From Clostridia bacterium (GTDB lineage: Bacteria; Bacillota; Clostridia; UBA1212; UBA1255), in assembly GCA_017613535.1 (NCBI GenBank), contig JAGADO010000023.1, positions 1-58,597 of the forward strand: 58,597 nucleotides of DNA, read 5' to 3'. A model generated the notes under the pieces. It was not told the origin of the DNA, searched no databases, and saw only the letters and a list, made by a program, of their open reading frames with translations. This document shows positions 40,874-49,362 of the stretch, in pieces. How positions within the stretch are numbered: position 1 is the stretch's first letter; the number at the start of each line of letters is the position of its first letter. The translations under genes were made by a program, and so were the position numbers.

Positions 40874-42336
40874 TTGTACGCTTCCTCCAGCAATTGAGAT
40901 ATGCGGCCCATATGCATGATATGCGAGCCTTTAACGAGGATCGCCACGGTCCTGCCTGCCGAAAGTTCCCCGTCGATATATTTTCTGACGGATGCGAATG
41001 CTTCGTCCGTCGTACCGAAACTCTCCGTTTTTGCCGTGCGTTTTACGCTCTTAAAACCGTTCACGTACTTCTTCGCTTTCTCACCGACCGTAAACAGCCT
41101 GTCGCAGTACGTCGCGGCGGTACGTCCAACTTCGAAGTGGAATCTGGGCGAATCGGGTCCGAGCTCGACCATGTCGGCAAGCGCGGCAATATGCCTGTCT
41201 GCCGTTATCCCTCCGAGCACTTTCAGCGACGCAGGCATCGACTCCGGCCCGGCGTTGTACGCATCGTCAATAACGGTAATCCTGCCTCCTGCGAGCGTGA
41301 TCTTGCGCTGCCTGACCGACTTCTCTCCGCCGCTCTCTTCGGCATACCTGCGGATGGCTGAAACGGCCTGCTTCGCGCTGATCCCGAACAAACTGCCTGC
41401 CGCGATTGCCGCAAGCGAATTGTAAATATTGTGCTCGCCCGGAAGCGGAAGATCGACGTGGACATTGCCCTCGGGACAGATCAGCAGGTAGTTGATGCCA
41501 TGCTCGCCGCTCACCGTCTCGGCCGCGCGGAACGTTGACGACGGATCAAGCCCGAACGTAATAATATCGAGCTTCCTGCAGCCGTAGCCCGCCGCGATAG
41601 ACCTGAGTCTGTCCTTGTCCTTAAGCATGTCGTTATCGCCGTTAACGATCAGTTTGAACGCCTTTCCCCTGGGCAGCCTCGCACCTCCGCGGCACACTTC
41701 CATCTTGGCTTTCAGTATGTTTTCGCGGCTTCCGAGCAGTTCCAGGTGTGCGTTACCGATCGTCGTGATCAGCGCCGCTTCGGGATGGACGATATTTTCA
41801 AGATATGTGATCTGGCCGAATCCGCGCATGCCCATCTCCGCCACGAATATTTCCGTATCGGACGGGAGGGACAATGACGTCATCGGAAGGCCTATTTCGT
41901 TGTTATGGCTGAGGGGCGTTTTCTCGGCCCTGAATCCGGACGCGAGCACGGCGTGGACAAGCTCTTTCGTAGTAGTTTTCCCTACGCTGCCCGTCACGGC
42001 GATCCTGCGCATTTTCGGGAAATATTTCTGCAGATACCCCGCGGCAATATCCCCCAGCGCTTTCTGCGTGTCCCCAACGAACACCGCGTATTCGCCGAAC
42101 CTGCCGCTTTCCCAGCCCTCTGCGTCGCTCACGACTGCGCAGGCGGCTCCTGCTTCGAGCGCGGCACACACGTAATTATGGCCGTCGAAATTTTCGCCCT
42201 TAAGCGCGATGAACGCACCGCCCTTCACAGGCTTTCTCGAATCGGTAACTACGCTTCCTACCCTGCGCCTTCCGGCACCCGGACGATATTTTCCGCCGCA
42301 AAATCCGGCCAGCTCTTTTACAGTTAACGTGTACAT
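40870..42336 (-). CDS. murF: UDP-MurNAc-tripeptide--D-alanyl-D-alanine ligase MurF
   Basis: ORF 40870-42390. The ATG at 42336 (MYTLTVKELA) avoids overlap with murE. P-loop VTGSVGKTTTKE; Mur ligase middle and C-terminal domains; dcw position. Confidence 0.85.
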   Translation of the reverse strand: MYTLTVKELAGFCGGKYRPGAGRRRVGSVVTDSRKPVKGGAFIALKGENFDGHNYVCAALEAGAACAVVSDAEGWESGRFGEYAVFVGDTQKALGDIAAGYLQKYFPKMRRIAVTGSVGKTTTKELVHAVLASGFRAEKTPLSHNNEIGLPMTSLSLPSDTEIFVAEMGMRGFGQITYLENIVHPEAALITTIGNAHLELLGSRENILKAKMEVCRGGARLPRGKAFKLIVNGDNDMLKDKDRLRSIAAGYGCRKLDIITFGLDPSSTFRAAETVSGEHGINYLLICPEGNVHVDLPLPGEHNIYNSLAAIAAGSLFGISAKQAVSAIRRYAEESGGEKSVRQRKITLAGGRITVIDDAYNAGPESMPASLKVLGGITADRHIAALADMVELGPDSPRFHFEVGRTAATYCDRLFTVGEKAKKYVNGFKSVKRTAKTESFGTTDEAFASVRKYIDGELSAGRTVAILVKGSHIMHMGRISQLLEEAYK

Positions 42337-42352
42337 GCGAACCTCCCGGCCC

Positions 42353-43936
42353 TTATTTTTCGCTCTCCGGAGCTTTTTCTCCGGCATCAAGCTCGTTCAG
42401 GATATCTCTCACGACCTCGCGCTCGTCGAAGTGGATCGTCTTATCCTTCAGGATCTGGTATGTTTCGTGACCTTTGCCCGCCAGAATTATGACGTCCCCG
42501 GGAAGTGCATGTGTGATCGCGTAGCGGATGGCTTCGCGGCGGTCAACGATGCAGATGTACGGCGCTCCGGTTGGCTTGATGCCTGCTTCGAGGTCGGCAA
42601 CGATCGACGCGGGATCTTCGCTGCGCGGGTTGTCCGATGTTATGATCGAGAAGTCCGCGTACTTTCCGGCGGTCTCGCCCATCTGCGCTCTCGGACGGTT
42701 GCGGTCTCCGCCGCAGCCGAACAGGAACACGGTACGCTTCGCAAATTCCTTGACCGTGGTGAGGATGTTGATGAAGCTGTCGGGATTGTGCGCGTAGTCA
42801 ATGATTATAGTGAAATCGCGGCCGGTCGGGACAACTTCCGCTTTACCTGCTACGGCGACTTCCGCAAGTCCCGCGACGCACGCTTCGGGTTCGATCCCCC
42901 TGAGCCTCATCGCGCCGTACGCTCCCAGAGAATTGTACACGGTAAAGCGGCCGGGAATCGGGACAACGACGTGCACGGTGCGTTCCGGAACGAGTTCGCC
43001 ATTAATATATACTCCGCTTTCGGTCAGATCGTACTCGACGCTGTCCTGGTGGGTAACGACGTTGTCCGCCCTGAACGAACAGCCCTCGCTCATGCCGAAA
43101 GTATAAACGCGCTCCTTCACCGAATGCATCGCACGGTCGATCATATATCCGGACCAGTCATTGTCCGCATTGATCAGCGCGTTCCCGGAAAGGTCGAACA
43201 GTTTCGCTTTCGCAGCGGCGTACTCTTCCATATTCGCATGTTCGCTCGGACCGATGTGATCTCTCGAAAGGTTCGTGAAAAGCCCCACTTTGAATTCGCA
43301 GCACGCCACGCGGTCGAGGTTCAGGCCCTGCGACGAAACTTCCATCACGCAGTAGCCGATGTTTGCGTCGACCATCCGCTTGAGCAGCGGCTGTATGACG
43401 TTTGCTTCGGGGGTCGTGCGCTCGGTCGCAACGCGCTCGTCGCCGACAAAATTGCAGATCGTGCCGATCAGCCCGGATTTGTGTCCGGCTGCGGTCAATA
43501 TCGATCTCATCATGTAGCTCGTCGTAGTCTTTCCCTTCGTGCCCGTGATGCCGATCAGATCGAGGCTGCCCGAAGGATGGCCGCAGAGGATATCAGCAGC
43601 TTCAGCTACGGCGAACCTTACGTTTTTAACGAGGACAACAGGAATGATGCGCCCTGCCCAGAGGATGTTGTCACCCTGTACGAACCCGCGCTCCCACGAG
43701 AGCACCTTCGCTCTGAGGTGCTGGAAATCGTCCGTCAGCAGCGCGGATGCACCGCGTGAAAGAGCGTTCTCCGCGTAGTCGTGGCCGTCAAGCACGTACC
43801 CTCTCACGCACGCGAAAATGCTGCCGCGCCCGCAATTGCGGCTGTCGATCTCCACCGTTTTTATATCTGCGGTCTGAAGCGCATCGCCTACGATGACGCT
43901 GCCGCTCATTTTATTGACAAGTTCATGTAAAACCAT
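42353..43936 (-). CDS. murE: UDP-MurNAc-L-Ala-D-Glu--2,6-diaminopimelate ligase MurE
   Basis: 527-aa ORF with GITGTKGKTTT and the DNPR motif (TSDNPRSEDP) associated with meso-DAP-adding enzymes. AAGGAGAA RBS upstream. Confidence 0.85.
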   Translation of the reverse strand: MVLHELVNKMSGSVIVGDALQTADIKTVEIDSRNCGRGSIFACVRGYVLDGHDYAENALSRGASALLTDDFQHLRAKVLSWERGFVQGDNILWAGRIIPVVLVKNVRFAVAEAADILCGHPSGSLDLIGITGTKGKTTTSYMMRSILTAAGHKSGLIGTICNFVGDERVATERTTPEANVIQPLLKRMVDANIGYCVMEVSSQGLNLDRVACCEFKVGLFTNLSRDHIGPSEHANMEEYAAAKAKLFDLSGNALINADNDWSGYMIDRAMHSVKERVYTFGMSEGCSFRADNVVTHQDSVEYDLTESGVYINGELVPERTVHVVVPIPGRFTVYNSLGAYGAMRLRGIEPEACVAGLAEVAVAGKAEVVPTGRDFTIIIDYAHNPDSFINILTTVKEFAKRTVFLFGCGGDRNRPRAQMGETAGKYADFSIITSDNPRSEDPASIVADLEAGIKPTGAPYICIVDRREAIRYAITHALPGDVIILAGKGHETYQILKDKTIHFDEREVVRDILNELDAGEKAPESEK

Positions 43937-43966
43937 ATTTCCGTTCTCCTTTCGATCTTCCCCGGA

Positions 43967-46333
43967 CTACCCGAGCGATTCCGTTTCATTGTTCTCCACG
44001 ATCAGTTCCACGACGCTGCCGAGTTCGACCTGCGTACCCGGTTCCACGTTCTGTCCCGTGACCGTTCCTATATTTTCAGCATGCATATTAAGTCCCATCT
44101 GCGTAAGCGTATTGTACGCGTCCAGCAGCGTATAACCCGTAAGATCAGGCATCCTCACCGTCTTGCGCGCCGTCGAGGCATCCGCGTAGAGCAGCACAGA
44201 CGATCCGTCGGTTATGTACGCTCCCATCTCAGGCATCTGCGCGGCCACGCGGAACGCCGTCAGATCTGCGTTCTCGGGCAGGTCGCGGATATCCATGACC
44301 AGTCCGGCGTGCTTGAGCTCCAGCCTTGCCTCTTCGAACGTGAGGCCGGTGACGTCCGGAACGTACGATTTGACCATCATCGCTTTCTTATCGAGTTCGC
44401 TGTACCTGCGCGGCACACCCATATATTCGAGCGTTTTTTCGATGATCTCTCCGACAACGGGAGCTGCCTGGCGGCCGCCCGATGCTCCGTCTTCCACGTC
44501 AGGGTGGTCAAGCATTACAAGCACTACTATCTGCGGGTCGTCGGCGGGGGCAATACCGATGAACGACGCTATGTATCTGCCCGTCGATTCCGTCTGCAGC
44601 GTTTCAGACGTACCGGTCTTTCCGGCCACCCTGTAGCCCGAGACGTACGCGTTGCTTCCCGTACCGCTCGCCACGACGTCTTCGAGTATCTGCATCATCT
44701 CGGCAGACGTTTCGGCGGAAATCACCTGCCTGAGCGCGACCGGTTCGTACACCTTTGCCGTAACTCCGTCCTGGTCAAGCAGTTCGCGCACGATCCTGGG
44801 CTTGTACAGCGTACCGCCGTTGGCAAGCGCGCAATAAGCCGTTGCCATCTGAATAGGTGTGATCTGGAATCTTTGACCGAATGACATGACCGCGAGGTCA
44901 ATATCCGTCGGATCCGAGTGCATGATGCTCGATGCTTCGCCCGAGATCTCGATCCCGGTGCGATCGTAGAAACCGTACGCTTCGATGTAAGATACAAACG
45001 TGCTGACGCCTATGTCGAGCGCCAGTCTGGCAAGTATCGGGTTGCATGAATTTTTGATAGCGTCCGCAAATGTTTCGGTGCCGTGATCTCCGTTCTTTTT
45101 CCAGCAGTTGATCTCCCAGCCGCGCAGGATGAGCGGCGAGTCGGTGACCATCGTGCCGGGGCTAACGTAATTCTCTTCGAGACCTATGGAAGCGGAAATC
45201 GATTTGAACGTGGAACCGGGCTCGTACGTATCGGTGAGCGCTTTGTTGCGCCATACGGTCGTGCTGAGGATCTGAACGTCCTTCGTGGCATTGCCGATCC
45301 ACTCGGGATCATCGACCCAGTCGGGCTTTCCGTACGGATCGTTCAGGTCGAAATCGGGATACGACGCCATCGCGAGCACGTCAGCGTTCTTTGCGTTCAT
45401 GACGATCGCACAGGCACCCTCGAGAACGTTGTACTTCACGATCGCCTCGCGGAGTGCAGTCTGAGCTATCGACTGGATGTTCGCGTCAAGTGTGAGCACG
45501 GGGTTAAGTCCTTTCACCGCGTCGATGCGCCTGACATTGTCGTACGGAAGCTCGTTGCCCTTCGCGTCGACACTCGTCATTATTCGCCCGTCCGTGCCTG
45601 TAAGTTCATCGTTTAGCGCGACCTCCACGCCGCAGACGAGGCCCTGGTCGTCATTGCCCGTAAAACCTATAACGTGCGATGCGAGATTGCCCAGAGGATA
45701 TATCCTGCGCGAATCTTCATCAACGTAGACTCCCTTTATGCGCTTTTCGCTGCGCCACTCTTTAACTTTATCGCCAAGTTCGGTATCGATCTTGCGCGCG
45801 ATCAGCTTATATCTGCCGCTGCCCGAGACCTGGCCGAAAACCCAGTCCTCATCGAGCTTCAGTATCTCCGCAAGTCCGGCGGCAACGATCTTTCTGTACA
45901 TATCTACCGCGGCCGCGTCGCTGTACACGTCCCCGTCTTTGGCAACGTAATTTTTAACGTAGTTTACCGCCGCGTTTTCGATGATCATGGGATCGACGGT
46001 GACAATATTTGCCGCGACGCTTACTGCAAGTTCAACGCCGTTCGTGTCGTATATCGTGCCGCGTCCCGCAGGTATCGTTCTCCACGCGTTCTGCTGCGCA
46101 TTAGCCTTCTGCTTGTAGTAATCGCCCTTGATTACCTGTATGATCACGAAATTTCCGGCAATAACGAGCAGAAGCAGTAAAAAAAGCACGCGGGTGAAAC
46201 GGCTCCACCCGCCTGCGTAATTCTGCTCTCTTACGACGCTGTCGTAGGACACCAATTTTGAGATCAGCGGTTTCTTCTTTCGCTGTGCTCCCGATCCTAC
46301 GTTTTTATCTGCGCTGTCGTTCTTTTTTGCCAT
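43967..46333 (-). CDS. Class B penicillin-binding protein (FtsI/PBP2B/SpoVD-type) with two C-terminal PASTA-like domains
   Basis: 788-aa ORF with an N-terminal TM helix, transpeptidase motifs STFKS, SCN and KTGTS, and a C-terminal ~130 aa duplicated PASTA-like segment. Located in the dcw cluster after ftsL. Confidence 0.85.
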   Translation of the reverse strand: MAKKNDSADKNVGSGAQRKKKPLISKLVSYDSVVREQNYAGGWSRFTRVLFLLLLLVIAGNFVIIQVIKGDYYKQKANAQQNAWRTIPAGRGTIYDTNGVELAVSVAANIVTVDPMIIENAAVNYVKNYVAKDGDVYSDAAAVDMYRKIVAAGLAEILKLDEDWVFGQVSGSGRYKLIARKIDTELGDKVKEWRSEKRIKGVYVDEDSRRIYPLGNLASHVIGFTGNDDQGLVCGVEVALNDELTGTDGRIMTSVDAKGNELPYDNVRRIDAVKGLNPVLTLDANIQSIAQTALREAIVKYNVLEGACAIVMNAKNADVLAMASYPDFDLNDPYGKPDWVDDPEWIGNATKDVQILSTTVWRNKALTDTYEPGSTFKSISASIGLEENYVSPGTMVTDSPLILRGWEINCWKKNGDHGTETFADAIKNSCNPILARLALDIGVSTFVSYIEAYGFYDRTGIEISGEASSIMHSDPTDIDLAVMSFGQRFQITPIQMATAYCALANGGTLYKPRIVRELLDQDGVTAKVYEPVALRQVISAETSAEMMQILEDVVASGTGSNAYVSGYRVAGKTGTSETLQTESTGRYIASFIGIAPADDPQIVVLVMLDHPDVEDGASGGRQAAPVVGEIIEKTLEYMGVPRRYSELDKKAMMVKSYVPDVTGLTFEEARLELKHAGLVMDIRDLPENADLTAFRVAAQMPEMGAYITDGSSVLLYADASTARKTVRMPDLTGYTLLDAYNTLTQMGLNMHAENIGTVTGQNVEPGTQVELGSVVELIVENNETESLG

Positions 46334-46341
46334 ATCCGGTG

Positions 46342-46974
46342 TCAGTTAATTATTCCGAGAAATTCCATCACCGCGTCCCAGACCTGTCTGAACCACGTCT
46401 TCTCTGTTGTCGACCGCGTAAGTTCGACATTCGCGAGTTCCGTCTGGTCAATGCGCTCGACCTCTACGTACTTGACCTGGTACTGCTGCGGCTTCTGCAT
46501 CCCGAGCCTTGTCTCGGCAATCTCCGCAAGCTCGGTAAGCGACATTGTCCTGTCAAGTTCGACCTGCCTGCGCTGTACTTCCGCGCTCACCGTATCGAGC
46601 TGCTTCTGAAGTGCCTGGTTGCGGTAATTTATTTCGGTTATCGACGCAAACCGTACGCCTATGACAAGTCCGAGGATAAGCAGGATGCTCACCTTGAAGA
46701 GTATGCGGTTTTTTGTTTTGCGCCGTTCTTTTTTCTGTTTGATCTCGTGAAGGACCACGTTGCCCCTGCGGACTTCGTGCTCGTAAACGTATATTTCATC
46801 CGCCGACGGCTCCGCGTACTCCGGCTCCGGTTCGAGTACGGGAGCTGCGTTTCCTTCGAGCCTTTCGGTGAACCCCCCGTCGGGAGTCTGTCCGTAGCTT
46901 CCGCGGAAAGCGGCGTAGTCTTCATCTTCGGTAATTTTGTATGCGCTTGAATCGTTGTTTATCATTTGTATCAC
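46342..46974 (-). CDS. ftsL: FtsL-like cell-division protein (single TM plus coiled coil) with a long acidic N-terminal extension
   Basis: 210-aa ORF with one TM helix (ILFKVSILLILGLVIGVRF) followed by a coiled-coil-like QALQKQLDTVSAEVQRRQVEL. Conserved position between rsmH and the PBP. Confidence 0.6.
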   Translation of the reverse strand: MIQMINNDSSAYKITEDEDYAAFRGSYGQTPDGGFTERLEGNAAPVLEPEPEYAEPSADEIYVYEHEVRRGNVVLHEIKQKKERRKTKNRILFKVSILLILGLVIGVRFASITEINYRNQALQKQLDTVSAEVQRRQVELDRTMSLTELAEIAETRLGMQKPQQYQVKYVEVERIDQTELANVELTRSTTEKTWFRQVWDAVMEFLGIIN

Positions 46975-46997
46975 CGGTCAGTTTCGTACTGCACAGT

Positions 46998-47990
46998 TTA
47001 ACCGCTCTGTGCTCCGGTCCGCTCGAAGGCCCTCACCTTCGCGCTGTGTGCCCTGTTGTTCTCCGCCAGTTCCGCTTCGCTTCCCGTTATCGGGTGCGGC
47101 GTCACGATCCGCCCCAGCGGCTTCTTCCCGCATACACAGACCGGAAAGTCCGGCGGGCAGGTGCATGGGTTCTGCGCTTCTTTGAATTTGTTTTTTACGA
47201 TCCGGTCTTCGAGCGAGTGGAACGTTATGACCACCAGCCTGCCGCCCGGGGCAAGTATTTCGAGCGCCGCGCCGAGCGCATTGCGCAGCTCCGAAAGTTC
47301 ATCGTTGACCTCGATCCTGATCGCCTGGAACGTGCGTTTCGCGGGATGACCCTCGCCTTTCAGGTAAGAGGCCGGCACCGCCGCTTTAACGATCTCCGAA
47401 AGCCTTAATGTCGTCCGGATCTCTTCGCGCGCGCGTGCGCGGACAATTGCAGACGCGATCTTTGCCGCGTACCGTTCTTCGCCGTATTCGCGTATGATCA
47501 TGGTCAATTGCGCTTGCGTGTAGCCGTTGACAATGTCGTACGCGCTCTTCCCTGCGGTCTTGTCCATCCGCATATCGAGCGGTCCGTCGAACCGGTAGCT
47601 GAAACCGCGCTCCGGCTCGTCAAGCTGGTGGGACGATACTCCCAGGTCCAGCAGTATTCCGTCCGGCCTTTCGCCTTCGCAGAACTCTTTTATGCGGGAA
47701 AACGTCCCGTGCCTGAGTTCGAATCTTGCGGGCGTCTTCACGGCCGAAAGCCGCCTTCCGGCTGCCTCAAGCGCTTCCTGATCGCGGTCGATCCCGAGAA
47801 GCCTTCCGCCTTCGCCCAGTCTCGCGAGCACTTCCGACGCGTGTCCCGCGCCCCCGACCGTGCCGTCAACATAAAACCCGTCCGGTTTTACGTCCAGCAG
47901 CCCGAGGCATTCTCTGAGCAGCACCGGAGTGTGCGTAAAATCTGACGGGTCCGTCTTTTTTTCGGTCTGCCCAACCTGTCCGGCTTGCAT
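46998..47990 (-). CDS. rsmH: 16S rRNA (cytosine1402-N4)-methyltransferase RsmH (MraW)
   Basis: ORF 46998-48239. The ATG at 47990 is chosen because upstream codons overlap mraZ. Motifs HTPVLLRE, DGTVGGAGH, DLGVSSHQLD and ITFHSLEDR. Confidence 0.85.
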   Translation of the reverse strand: MQAGQVGQTEKKTDPSDFTHTPVLLRECLGLLDVKPDGFYVDGTVGGAGHASEVLARLGEGGRLLGIDRDQEALEAAGRRLSAVKTPARFELRHGTFSRIKEFCEGERPDGILLDLGVSSHQLDEPERGFSYRFDGPLDMRMDKTAGKSAYDIVNGYTQAQLTMIIREYGEERYAAKIASAIVRARAREEIRTTLRLSEIVKAAVPASYLKGEGHPAKRTFQAIRIEVNDELSELRNALGAALEILAPGGRLVVITFHSLEDRIVKNKFKEAQNPCTCPPDFPVCVCGKKPLGRIVTPHPITGSEAELAENNRAHSAKVRAFERTGAQSG

Positions 47991-48012
47991 ACCTTCCACG
48001 GCAAGCCTCCCG

Positions 48013-48435
48013 TCAATATTCCATAAGTTTGCGTGCTTCCTGCACAAGTTCGGCGGAAAGAATCTGATTGTTCTGGTAAGTCTGACTGTCCCAGATCTCG
48101 ATGTGATCACCAACGCCCATAATGTGCACGTCTTTTTCAAGCTTCGCGAATTTCCTGAGCACGCCCGGGATGAGCACTCTCCCTGCGCTGTCAAGTTCGC
48201 CGTCGTACGAGTTTCCCAGCAGGTAGCGGCTGAGGGCAAGGTACTCGTCGCTGCTCTTTTTCATGCTCATGAGCTGCTTGAGCATCTCGCTAAAGTTCTC
48301 TTCCGGATAAATGGCAACATAGGAGTCAAATCCTATCATAAGATGGAATTTCTCTCCCAGATCGCTTCTCAATTTGCTGGGCAGCACTACGCGTGATTTC
48401 GCGTCAACTACTCCCTCAAATCCTCCGATTAACAA
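48013..48435 (-). CDS. mraZ: Transcriptional regulator MraZ
   Basis: 140-aa ORF with a TTG start 8 nt after AAGGAG. It has the duplicated SpoVT/AbrB-like halves with DxKxR motifs (VDAKSRVVLP; LDSAGRVLIP). It is the first gene of the dcw cluster. Confidence 0.85.
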   Translation of the reverse strand: MLIGGFEGVVDAKSRVVLPSKLRSDLGEKFHLMIGFDSYVAIYPEENFSEMLKQLMSMKKSSDEYLALSRYLLGNSYDGELDSAGRVLIPGVLRKFAKLEKDVHIMGVGDHIEIWDSQTYQNNQILSAELVQEARKLMEY

Positions 48436-48728
48436 CTTCGTCCGCTCCTTTTTAGGGGAAGTTCAGCTTTGCGTGCGCTCAATTCCGCAGGCAAAGCTTC
48501 TTTTGTACATCAATGTTTCATCATCTGTACCTTGTGTTTTTTTCTTCGGTACTTCTGCCCGGCCTTTTTCTGCCGGTTTTTTCTTTCGTAAAGCTCTTTG
48601 AGTCTTTAGTACTTCTGCCGCTTGCGCAGCTTTATCTTTTGTAAGGATGGAACTCTAAGTGCCCGGTCAATGAGCTCGTGCACGTCCGTTTTCGTGACAC
48701 TTTCTGCCACTATTTCCATCTGAGCCAC

Positions 48729-48757
48729 ATTCTACCACCACTTTTTAACACTGTCAA
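48729..48757 (-). promoter_or_regulatory. Near-consensus sigma-A promoter of the mraZ/dcw operon (TTGACA-N17-TAGAAT) with overlapping GTGG direct repeats (candidate MraZ operator)
   Basis: Reverse strand: TTGACA (48757-48752), 17 nt, TAGAAT (48734-48729). Five GTGG/ATGG/GTGT boxes start at 48738, 48728, 48719, 48710 and 48700, giving 9-10-nt periodicity. Confidence 0.6.
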
Positions 48758-48846
48758 CACTTTTTTTGCTCCCCAGTTAAAAAATTTTGGTCCAACGGTC
48801 AATTTGGCGGATCCGCCGGCGGAAGAGCTGCCAAAATCCGGACCGC

Positions 48847-49278
48847 GCGCACGGCCACAAGCGGCGTTTTCTTAAATTGTGGCCGTGCTTTTCGACGGCG
48901 GTATACGGACACATTCCGCCTTTTCCCCGATTGTGGCCGTATGAATCGGGCTCGGCGCACGGCCACAAACAGCGTTTTCATCAAATGTGGCCGTGCTTTC
49001 CGGCGGCGGTATACGGACACATTCCGCCTTTCCTTCGATTGTGGCCGTATGAATCGGGCTCGGCGCACGGCCACAAGCGGCGTTTTTCTCAATTGTGGCC
49101 GTGCTTTTAGTCGGCGGTATACGGCCACATTCCGCCTTTCCTTCGATTGTGGCCGTATGAATCGGGCTCGGCGCACGGCCACAAGCGGCGTTTTTCTCAA
49201 TTGTGGCCGTGCTTTTCGGCGGCGGTATACGGCCACATTCCGCCTTTCCTTCGATTGTGGCCGTATGAATCGGGCTCC
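48847..49278. repeat. Tandem repeat, 4 x 108 bp (at least ~90% identity by eye); each unit contains two perfect 11-12-bp palindromic stems built on the core CGGCCACA/TGTGGCCG
   Basis: Unit starts (GCGCACGGCCACAA) are at 48847, 48955, 49063 and 49171. In unit 4, GCACGGCCACAA (49173-49184) pairs with TTGTGGCCGTGC (49201-49212), and ATACGGCCACA (49227-49237) pairs with TGTGGCCGTAT (49256-49266). Confidence 0.95.
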
Positions 49279-49286
49279 CGCACGGC

Positions 49287-49316
49287 TTGACAACTCCTCC
49301 CCCCGCGATGTAAACT
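49287..49316 (+). promoter_or_regulatory. Candidate promoter (TTGACA-N18-TAAACT) of the 994-aa lipoprotein gene, abutting the last 108-bp repeat
   Basis: TTGACA at 49287-49292 replaces the CACAAG of the repeat consensus. An 18-nt spacer precedes TAAACT at 49311-49316. Confidence 0.45.
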
Positions 49317-49362
49317 CAAGGTGTTGACACAACACAGCAAAGCGGAAAGCGAGGCAGTCCAG

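Noticed and set aside
46998-48239. Long N-terminal extensions of ORF-track entries (RsmH 413 aa, anti-sigma-like 844 aa, MurF 506 aa, PBP1A 817 aa, FtsW 401 aa, the 212-aa ORF at 30441, and the 363-aa and 639-aa ORFs at 33308 and 34107).
   Set aside because: The extensions overlap the upstream gene or lack an RBS. Internal ATGs with good Shine-Dalgarno sequences give family-typical N-termini, so I used those starts.
48847-49278. A CRISPR reading of the 108-bp array (palindromic repeats at regular spacing).
   Set aside because: The sequences between the palindromes are also repeated nearly identically, so there are no unique spacers. This is a plain tandem repeat.
48787-49335. ORFs of 107-178 aa on both strands running through the 108-bp tandem array (for example the 36-aa-period Arg-rich protein on the minus strand).
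   Set aside because: The ORFs are open only because 108 is a multiple of 3 and the unit happens to lack stops in several frames at once. No RBS is present, the composition is implausible, and they overlap two promoters. I treat the array as non-coding.
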